NCBI GenBank assembly: GCA_052426225.1
Contig: JBNJNM010000012.1
Location: 1,674,001 to 1,738,000, forward strand
DNA from: Zancudomyces culisetae HAW-14-8
Taxonomy: Eukaryota > Fungi > Kickxellomycota
DNA length: 64,000 nucleotides
Reading direction: 5' to 3'
This document shows, piece after piece, positions 51,291 through 61,765 of this stretch (position 1 is the stretch's first letter; the number at the start of each line of letters is the position of its first letter). The translations under genes and the position numbers were made by a program. The notes beneath the pieces are model-generated. The model saw only the letters and a program-made list of their open reading frames with translations, was not told the origin of the DNA and ran no database searches.

Positions 51291-53792
51291 ATGTCGTTGG
51301 AACAGCCACAACTGACCAGAGGGAGAAGAGGGTACGGACTTTTTGCCGAGTTGATCAAGGATTGGGATAACCAGCCAGAGAGTGCTGAGTACAATGATGA
51401 TACAAGCAAAGAGTATGATAATGTTTTTGATAATTTGAGCCAGCTCAATATATGGTAAGTCCATCTCACAATTTAGAAATGCAAGCTGTTTAATCGTACA
51501 ATAGATCAAAAGTAATATCATTTTGCTTGGTACAAGTCTCGAAGAGCAAAGATATATGAAAGCAAACAAGTATCTACAAAAAAGTTTCATGATATTAGGC
51601 CCGATAAAATCCACCACGACAAACGAAAAAGTACAATAGGTGCCAAGAATGCTAAAGGATTAAACGAAGAAAAAAGATTTTTTGAAGTAACAGGCTCGGC
51701 AAGCGAGTATATTCCCGATGGAAAAAGTTCGGTGTCGTACGTGCAAAAAATGCTGGTAGGTTTGATACGCTTTTTTGTACCATATCGATGCGATTATCAA
51801 CATGAAAAAATAGCTAATGAGAGATTAAATACTCAAAATATACGAATATTTGAAATATAGAAACAGTATAGCCACAATGTAAATGCGAGAGGACACCTGA
51901 AAAAGATTCTATTGGTAGAACAGGAGGCTGAGAGGGGGGTACAAGAGAAAAATCAACAACTGGCAAAGGAAACTGGACGTATCATGTCGGGAATTGAAAA
52001 ACTCAATGGTATTAGAAAAAGTCTGGAAGCCGACGCTCAAAATCCAAAAAATATGGGGGTTATGGTGGACCAAGATGTTGAGCAGGCATTGAAGAGGGTA
52101 GAGCAAATTAAGAAAGAATATGAAATGAAAAAGCAGGAGGAAGAGCGGCTGAAAAGAGAAATAGAGATTAATAAGCAAAAGAAACTCGACGAACAAAGAA
52201 AGGCTGCTGAGCAGCGAATCGCAGAGCGTTTACAAAAAGAGAAGCAGGAGGTTGCAGAAAAACTTAAGGAAGGCAGTGCACAATCAACGTCACAACTACA
52301 GTCACAATCACAAGTACAACCAAGCGTAAAAACATCCCAAGAAAGCGTAGCACCTCAGGCCTCAGCACCAGGCCTTATGAATGATGTGATTGTAAAGACA
52401 ATAGAAAAATATAAAGCCATGTACTTGGACTTGAAAAACAATATCCAGGTCAAGGTGACGAGCGATGCGTTTGTCAAGAAGTATGTGTTTGGGCACAAAA
52501 AGACCATAACAATGAAAATAGGACAACTGACAAACAGTAAAAGTCAGATCGCTTCTGTGGTAAGTATTTTTTTTACTTAATTTGATGGAGTTAAGTTCAA
52601 AATAGATAATTCATTCACTAATGAGATTTGTGAAAAATAGGTTCGAATTATAGACGGGTGTATTGAAGATAGTAAAAAGCATTCAACTACCACATATCTG
52701 TGGTGTCTAAATTTATTAGCAAAGGCGTTGGTTGTAAGTATGACAAGCAGTGACATTCGTTCACTCGAAAAATGGTGTTGACAAGATGCACTTTTAAGAG
52801 TCCTTTTACTATGTACTCTAAAAAGCTAACTAGTGTAATGGAACTGTTATTGAAAATTGTTATTATTTTGAAACAAATAGAAACAAGCAGAGAATGAGGT
52901 ATCGGTAAAGAATAGTGCTGCATTTCCGTTAGCAGAAACGGCAGTGTCATTAATGATTAGGCATAAAGAATTGGTGGATATGATATATGTCCGCTTGTAT
53001 AAAAAGTGTCCATACATATTCCCAACAGATTTCGAGTTTAGCGTAAGCAATATTAATTAATTACTATTGCTATTATCCATTCGTGTTTAATTAGCAACCG
53101 ATTTATATAATACTGAGAAACACTATTTAGATTAAAACTAGAGACGAATTATGATAAAATGTAATCTGAAAAATCTATAAAAAAAAATTAGAATAAGTCA
53201 AAGGACGAAATAAAAGGGGTTTTGGGATACAAAAAAACCTCGAGTGGATGGGAAGCAATGCCAGTTTACCAAGAACGGATTTGTGGTATTTTTGCGCTGT
53301 ACTCTGCTATTCTTCAAACGATATCTACAGGTAAAAATTTGGATTATTTTACTATCTCAAACTAATTCAGTTTGGTAATGTCGAGAAGCAGTCTTCTCTT
53401 CCACTATCCACTCTAAAAACAATCAGTAAAGAAGATTCGTGTGGTAGATCTTATTATTGAAAATTTCTGTTGAATATTCTATAGAGGGAGTAAACCCGAT
53501 GCCAATATCGAATGGATGGGTCTGGCTATCTAGAACTTGTAATCTTCGACCACTTCCTATCAGTCCGGCTTTGATATCGGTATTCCTTGAGATTTGCGGG
53601 ACAGTTATGGAGTATTCGTATAAACCGCACTTTGAAAAGTTGGTTTTATTGGTGAAAAACCACTATATTCAAACTATTTCAACGACTAATAGCACTACTG
53701 TAGCGGCAATTAGTCGACTAGAAACCATTATTAACGAGTATTTATCCACAAAGTCATTTGCAATGTCTGAAGCTAGATTGATGAAGCCTTAG
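51291..53792 (+). CDS. GLE1: mRNA export factor / nucleoporin Gle1, 7 exons
   Basis: Coiled coil followed by the GLE1 domain: KIGQLTNS...YLWCLNLLAKALV|KQAENEV...AFPLAE...LYKKCPY...YQERICGIFALYSAILQT...NGWVWLSR. Confidence 0.9.
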
Positions 53793-54396
53793 TGTTATAA
53801 TTTTTGTTTTGTTTTGTTTTACATTTCAACCAGAGGAATTAGTTACAAACTCGTTTTTTTTTCTTTACATGTATCATTTTAAAATATTGGTATTACGGTT
53901 TTGTCAGAGTATGTAGATAGGATATATCGCCAGCAGATAATTGTGGGCATCTACAAACAAGTCAATATAAACACAGCCCCAATGGTGGAGAATCCAGTTT
54001 ATAATTTTTCTTTTTTCTAAGAGGCATATCTATTAATTTGTAATTGGATGATCAGTGTTAATAAGGGCAAATTATGATCAGGCGCTTATTGATTTATTCT
54101 AATTACAAAACTCAACCAAATAATTAATTAGGCACACTATATACCTCAAATTTGCACTTTGTAAACACTCGAATTCCTGACCGATTAAATAAGTGTGATA
54201 TCGAGTTGATATATATAGACTAAAAACCAAAGGATTTTGGAAAACGAGGTAAAAAGAAAACAAGAAAATACTAAATAATGTACTTGAATCTTGAGGAAAT
54301 TTCAAGGTAAGAAACTTCATTAGAAAATCAATAAAAAAAACAGTGAAAAAGTAGGGAGGTACTGGCGGTTAACAGTAAAGGACGTGTAAGTGAATA

Positions 54397-57300
54397 ATGT
54401 TAAATTATCATGAAAATTATAGTGAGGTAGAAAAACAGACACGAAAATGCGAACTGAAGCTCGAGCAGATAAAACAAACCGAGGTAATAATACTGGCCTA
54501 TATAACTAAATGGGTAGACGGGGAAAAATAGTGTGGAACAATAAATTCAAACACCAACTTAATAAAATAGAGAGAAAAAAGAAGGTTAAAGAGCCTACAA
54601 GTATTGCAGATATTCGATAATACAAAAAGAATAAAAGAGATTCTCCAGGCAAATCGATCAACAGTACAAAATAATACAAAAGGACAAAGTAATAACACGG
54701 GTAAGAGAGTAAATGTGTTATTGATGGATCTGGGATATGAGCTAGAGGATCAGGATGGGGACCAGAGCTTGGGTTTGGGCTTGGATTGGAGTTGTGGTTG
54801 GAGTAGTGGACAGGAAGTCAAGAGCCAAAAGGTAATTGTGAGGCAACAGTTGGATTTTGCCAGTAGTATCAAAATAATATATCCACAAATGACCAAGTGT
54901 TTTCCAAGTGATAATGCTGATGGAGATAGTGACGGGGGTGATGTTATTATGATCAGTGAGGAGGGTTGTGGAAATCTCGGTTCAGGGGGTACACAGGTTG
55001 AAGTAGATATTTATCATGATCGTGACTTGGAATTTGGTCAGGGGGATGAATATGGTGCTTGGAAAGGTAAGGGGGTTAATGTTGTTTTTGTGGCGTGTAT
55101 AACATATGGTCTACTTCGAGAGGAAGAGGAGGAGGTGAAAAAGTAGGGGTTTGCAGGTCAAATTGTGGGAATTTGCAGAAAAAATATTATGATTTGATCC
55201 TGTGGTATAATGGTATGGCGATTTTGTGATTTTGTGATGTAGTGGTGAGGATATCGCTGAGTGTGGAAAAATGTTGGTTTAGTTATAAACAGATACATCA
55301 TTATATAATTTAGGTTATTTGGTGGATATGAATACATTTCTTGACCGAAAAAGAACGAAAACCAAAAGAAAATCAAATAATCAAATGGCTGAATATAATG
55401 TTTCTGAGCATGAGGATAGCAGCAGCAGCAGCATACACGAAACGCGTAATGGCAGGTAATATAGAACAATGGACTAATCCAGAAATGTGTTATTTTAATA
55501 ATTGTGTTTATATGACATTTGAAGGAGGTTTATAAAGCTATTAGGAAATAAAAAAGAAAAAAAAAGGTAAAGAGTCTTAATGCTAACGATAAAAAATAGC
55601 AAGCTGAAATTTGAGGCAGAGAAATGTAGTGATGAGGGTCATGGGGGGTTGATACTTGGTGACTATGTAGTGTTGCTAAGCTATGATGATTGTTATCAAA
55701 ATATGATGGGTATGGGAGGATACTCAAAGGAACTCATGCGGGAACAGCGACAGAGTAAGTTTAAAACTATAACAACTATACTTTATATACAGTTATATAC
55801 AATTATATATTTATGTATGTATGTATGATATGATATGGTGTGGTGTGGTGTGGTGTGGAAAGGAGGTATTGATGGGAGATGAGCAAATGAAAGTTAGTTT
55901 TCATAACGGATGTAAAAACAGCATGAAATGATGCTAGAACAAACTTAAAAAAAAATTTTATTTTAATTTATTAAACCCAGAATTTGATTATAATATAGAA
56001 CAAGAAAAGAATGATAAAGAGAATGAGGGATGGTGGAGTGCTGATGGTAGTGGTAGTAGTGGTAGTAGTGGTAATAGTGGGATGGTGGTTATAAGATTTG
56101 CAAAGTTACGATTTTTGGATTATGCAACTCCCCTTGCAATGAGCACGAGATGGAATAACAATGTATACTACGCCAATGATAATAATAATAATAATAATAA
56201 TACTATGGAGTATTATTATCCGTGTAGCTTTTGCGTCAAAATAGAATTAGAAACGGATAAAAATGATGATGCAGAGGAATGTCTGGGTGATTTGGGTGGA
56301 GTAAGAGATAGAATTGGTGAAGATGTGCAATGGTTGGTGGATATGCTTATTCCATTATATCGGTATAATGATGCACACCAAAGTAGTGGTATTGATGGGG
56401 ATATTCGGATGAGCAACATTAAACGTATTAAATATAACAGCGATAATGATAATGATAATGATAATGATGATGGTAATAATAGTGGTGGTAGTGGTAGTGG
56501 TAGTGATGGTGGTGGTGTTTATTGTAAATATTATATTTTTGAGTACTATCTACCACCAGTTTTGGAAACAGGAAATAATAACATAGAAAACATAGTAACA
56601 ATAAAAACAACAAGAAAGAGGAGAAGAGAGAGTAAGAGTAAAGAGTTGGAAAGTAGTGATGTAGTGGACCTTGATAAAGTGTCAACTCCGATATCAACCA
56701 AAAGTAAACAAGGTAAGAAAAAGGGTTATCATGAAAGGGGGAAGAAAGGAGAGAGGGGAGGAGTTTCGGTTAATAAGGTATTGATGGATAACATTATATC
56801 CATTATTTGAAATTTCTGCTAATTGATAAAGTAAAAAGAAAAAAGTAAAAATATAAAAGAAAAAGAAAAGTAAAGAGCTATTATTGAATATTAATCAAAG
56901 TTAGTCATATATATGTGTATATGAATATAAATATGAATATGAAAATTTAGATATAGAAGTAGAAATAGAAATAGAGATGGAAATAAAGACAAGTCATATT
57001 GTCAACCATTTGATAAATACTTGCGAGGTACTAGAGAGAATCCAAGAGGTTAGCCAAGAAGTATCAGGTAAAAAAAAAACAACAACCAATAGCAAAAGTT
57101 GTTTATTTAAAGAGTATATAGGAAAAAAGTAAAAGCTAAAGTAAAAGTAAAAGTTAAAGCAATAATGACAATATTTTAATTCAAATGAAAATAGGTATAG
57201 AGATAGTAAAATGGTTAGGAAATGAACAACAAAAGGATTTGAAACAGAGTTATATGGAAATAGTAAAGATGATGAAAACAAGAAATAAGAATAACGTTGA

Positions 57301-57427
57301 TAATAAAAAAGGATGTGTATCAGATTGCAAGAAAATTAAAAGAGCAGTAAAAACAAAGCAGGTTGAGCTAAGAGTTTGGAAAAGAGAAGGGAGAAGGGAG
57401 AAGGGAGAAGTGAGAAAGAAGAAGTGA
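54397..57427 (+). CDS. Hypothetical protein, ~7 exons, low-complexity N/G/S tracts
   Basis: Phase-consistent GT-AG chain: ~54397-54484, 54571-55067, 55313-55455, 55600-55753, 55999-56711, ~56957-57067, ~57195-57427. No family recognised; start uncertain. Confidence 0.55.
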
Positions 57428-57440
57428 GAAGTGAGGTGGG

Positions 57441-60400
57441 TTAAGGCAAAAGTAGGAGATAAGTATTGACAAGATGGGAAATATCTTGGGGTAATTGAGA
57501 AAGACAGGAATTCATAAAGGCGTTTCCATCACTAATGGGACTGTTAGAAATTAGAGATTTGAGGTCAGAGGCAAAGAGTAAGTTTTGGTCGGTAGAATTG
57601 AGCAAGGAGTTGCGGGTTATGATATGATCAGAAGGTCTGTAGACGCGGATTGACGAGAGTTTGACAAAAGAAGCTTGGAATACAGTAGCAGAAAGATCAG
57701 AACTGTCGTCATCAAGAGATGGATAAGAAGAGTCAGAGGTAGAAGTAGCAGTAGAAGTAGCAGTACCAGTACCAGTGGCAGTGGAAGATGAAGAGGTGTT
57801 TTTGACGATAAGTACAGGATCTTGTAAGAGATTGACAAGAGAAGAAATCAAAGCAACTACAAGAGCCGAGTTTCCAGATTGGCTGAGGGAAGAGAAGAAA
57901 GGAGGGCAGGCAAGAAGAGAAAGGTAGCCATGGACAAGCAGTTTGCAGTCATTTTGTTTATTTGTAGAAGCAATGAGAGCTGAAGGAATGTTTGGAGCAA
58001 TAAGATTTGAGACAAGATTGGAAAGAAGGTTTGGCTGGATTGAGTTGAATAGGTCAACGAGAGAGTGGGCGTTGATAGAACTAAAGACAGCAATGAACAA
58101 GACAAAGTTACGAAGCAGACGAGAAGGAGTAGGATGAGATGAGGAAGAAGAAGAAGAAGCTTGTTGTTGTTGTTGAAGTCTTGATAGAATTAAAGTGAAA
58201 ACAGCTTTTAAATAAGGCGATAAAACCGAAATGTCAACAAAACAAACAATGGCAGTCAACAGATCAAAGGCGTAAAGTTCGGATTGTTTTGTAGACAACA
58301 GTTTCTGAAATATACCAAGAATGGCAGGCATCATTCCACCACTAACAAGCAGAGATGCGCCAACACTCAGGTAGCTCTGTAGCAGTTCAGTTAAGGCAGG
58401 TACATTGCCACTAGATTCCCACAATGCAGGTTGAAGAAGAGGCTGTAGTAGAGAAAGATATGTACGATCGGTGGCTTCATTCAAGGCAGTCTTGGCACGG
58501 ACCAGGACAGAAAGTAGCTGGAAGACATATGGCATGAACTCAGCAACCTGGTTCTGCAGAATATATTCAAAGCGGGGGAACAAGAGCGCCTCGATGTCGG
58601 CACAGGTGGCAGGCGAGATGCGCGACAGTAGCAGCGAAATAGTTTCAAACAAATAGTGGTTGAATTTAGGATTGGAAGGATTTTTGCTGACCAAATCAAC
58701 AACCATACACAGCTTGGCCATCACCACAAGCGATGGTTGAGACGAGATTTTGGCGCGGTCGTTTATAAATGTTGTAACAGTAGTCCGCATTATCAGTTTC
58801 ATGTAGAATTCGTTTTCTGCCATTTTTTCAGCACTTGGAGACTTTTCCAGTTGATTAAACACCAAATCAGTAATTGCGCCTCCATAGTCTCCTCCTACAC
58901 TCTGCCCATCAATCACCACGCGGTTGTCTCGCTTCAATACCAACAGCCGCTCCAAGGCCACTGCTGCAAATGTACTAACTGCTACATTTGGATGTCCCAA
59001 GTGCTGGATCAGCTTCGGTGTCGCTGCAACTATCTTGTCGACGTTTAGCTGGTTGCGAAACACATACACAAACTTGATGGCATCCGTCTTGAGAATCAGA
59101 CTGTTTGTATCTGATCCAATATCGTTAAGATGCATTTCCATATACTTGCTGTAGAATTCATTGATGTCCACCAAGTTGTTTGTAACTGTAACTCCCAGCT
59201 TTTGCACACTCGCCACTACCGACAGCGATGTCACCATAAACTGTGCCGCATCCTTGGCTCGCCAATTGTTCACTGGATCTTTACTGTACATCTCCAAGCA
59301 CTGAACCACGTATTGCGACATTGCCTTTGTTGTTTCTACCGCATGCTGCTCCAAAAGACTCCTAACCAGCTCCGATGCTGATTTGCGCCGACTCTCTGTC
59401 TCATATCCTTCAACTTCTTTCTTTACATACTCTACGCCCGAATCTTCAAACTGTTCCTCGTCCTCCACACTCAGCTCCATGTTGCGGATCACTATCTTCT
59501 CCACTATCATCTTGATTGCCTCTTCTCCTGAAAACTTCTCTCGATACCGCGGGTTCTTTACCATGCTGCTCAGAAATCCTATTCCCTGCTTAATTATCCC
59601 CTCGTTTCTCTTCCCCTTGTTGCTCAGCTGTGTCACCAGTTCCCATATCGCCTCCACAAACACCGGAAGCATCGAAAAGTCCTCCTCATACCTTCGACTG
59701 TACAACTCAACCACCTTGATCACCTCTTCTTTTATATTCTCTACCACTCCCGCCTCTTCATCATCATCATCACCACCCCCTTCCCCTTCCCCTTCCTTTC
59801 CTACCATCGATCTCTCATACTTTAAATAGCTGTACATAATCTCCATAAACTCTTGCATGTGTTCTTCGAAAAACTCTGGAAGATCTTGACAATTCAAATC
59901 ATAATACACTATACACATCATCCTTATTGACTCCAACAGTTCTTCCAGCTTGTATTTATTTGCCACTGCACTATAATTGCTTATCAGCTTGTGTGTATGT
60001 TGGAATACTTGGTAATAGGGTTCTGCAAATTGTCCCAACACATATTTAATCTCTAGAAATAGTTCGTTGGATCGAAAATCTGACCTCCATCTATTTTTAT
60101 TATTTCAATTTGCTTCTGTTACTTTAAACTCTATTACAATAACACTCTGTTTGCTGCTAAACATACAAATTGATTCTTTTTTTACTATTATACTTACCTT
60201 TCAAATACCATGTGTGCTGTTGTCAAAACTCCATTGTTTCTTGCAATATCCTCTGTCGAAAACATACTAACCATATCTGTAATCAAATTTGGCCAGTCCG
60301 CTGGAAAATCACTCTCCGCAATTTCCTTGATAGCTTCTCCAAGCTGCATCTGCAGATTCTTTGGCAGTCCCATCATCAGCCCAACCAACTCCTTTTTAAT

Positions 60401-60834
60401 AATCTGTCGGTCCTCCGCACTAATCTCGCTATTTGCATCAAATTCGTATTCTTCCTGTTCCTTTCGCGCCCATCTCTTTTTTATATAGTTTTTGAAATAT
60501 AGCGCTGATCCCACCCGAATGTTGTTGTCCGCTTTGTTGTTATTAATCAAGCCTAACAAATGTATTGGGAACTTTGGTGTTTGTTCCAGTAATGTCAGAT
60601 TCCTCTCCGCTATAAATTAATACAATCATTTTCTTTTTAATTTGCAAACCAAAAAAAAAATATATAAAAGTGGTCCTTGTTTTTAAACTTTTATATTTTT
60701 TTATTGTATTTTGATTAATTTTCATTACTTGTAATAGAAATTATATATAAATACTTACCTTCTCTTCTAATGTTTGCGTCTACACTCAGCGAATGAACCA
60801 GTAAAGTTGCTATTTGATCTTGTACGTCACCCAT
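57441..60834 (-). CDS. CSE1: Exportin-2 (importin-alpha re-exporter), 3 exons
   Basis: IBN_N-type ALYFKNYIKKRW, IAESDFPADWPNL, ER|WRSDFRSNELFLEIKYV, YDLNCQDLPEFFE, ENEFYMK, KNPSNPKFNHYLFE, EFMPYVFQLL, LWESSGNVPAL. Confidence 0.96.
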
Positions 60835-61765
60835 TTTCAATTCGTTTTTACTGTTACTGTTGCTGTTGTTACTTTTTTTATTATTATTAGTGTTATTATT
60901 ATTATTGTTAAAATTTCTTTTAGTGTTGTTGTTGTTGTTATTGTGTTTTTTATCGACCTTGATTAAGGTGTCTTGTAGTCTTTATATCAAGGTATTTTGG
61001 ACAAAAAGGTACAAATCTATTTTTTTACTTTTTTTCTAAAAATTGTATAATTTTTATTATTATTTTTTTTTCATATTCTGAAAATTTTTTAATTTAACAC
61101 TAGTATAACTTAATTAATTATTTGTTATTCCATTAAAGCTCAGATTTTTTTTTTGGAAATTTTTTGATATTATTAATACTCAATTTTTATGGTTATTAAT
61201 TGATTCATATAGAAACTAATTGCCCGTTTAAACCAAACAGAATAACTACAAAATAATCAAAAGTTGTAATTTATTAGCTTTAATAAATACTGTTTAAATA
61301 TATTTGATAGATTTTGGATTTATTTTACAAAAAAAATAATAATAGCACCAATTAATCAGAATCGAAAATCGGAACTGAAATTGGAACACATCCAACTAGA
61401 GCTTCAATTGGCTCGTTTAGTCAAAGCCGCAGTACAAATTTCTCCTTGATAACAAACTGTACATTGAAATATATTAATCCCATTTCCTACTTTTCCAAAC
61501 AATATCTCCTCACCTCCTCTCCCGCTATTGTTGATAAATATATTCTACCTCAAATTTACTACCAGCCACGAAACTAGAAATCATAAAAGTAAGGCACAAG
61601 TCTACAGGTATTTAATATTACCTTCTTCCCACTCCTAACAACCCAACAACCCAACAACCCAAAACTCTCACTTTTATTTCAAATTCTTGCTTGCTTTACT
61701 CATTCTGATTCTGATTCTCGTTTTAACCCTCACTTTGACTTACTCTCTACATCCCATCCAGAAAT

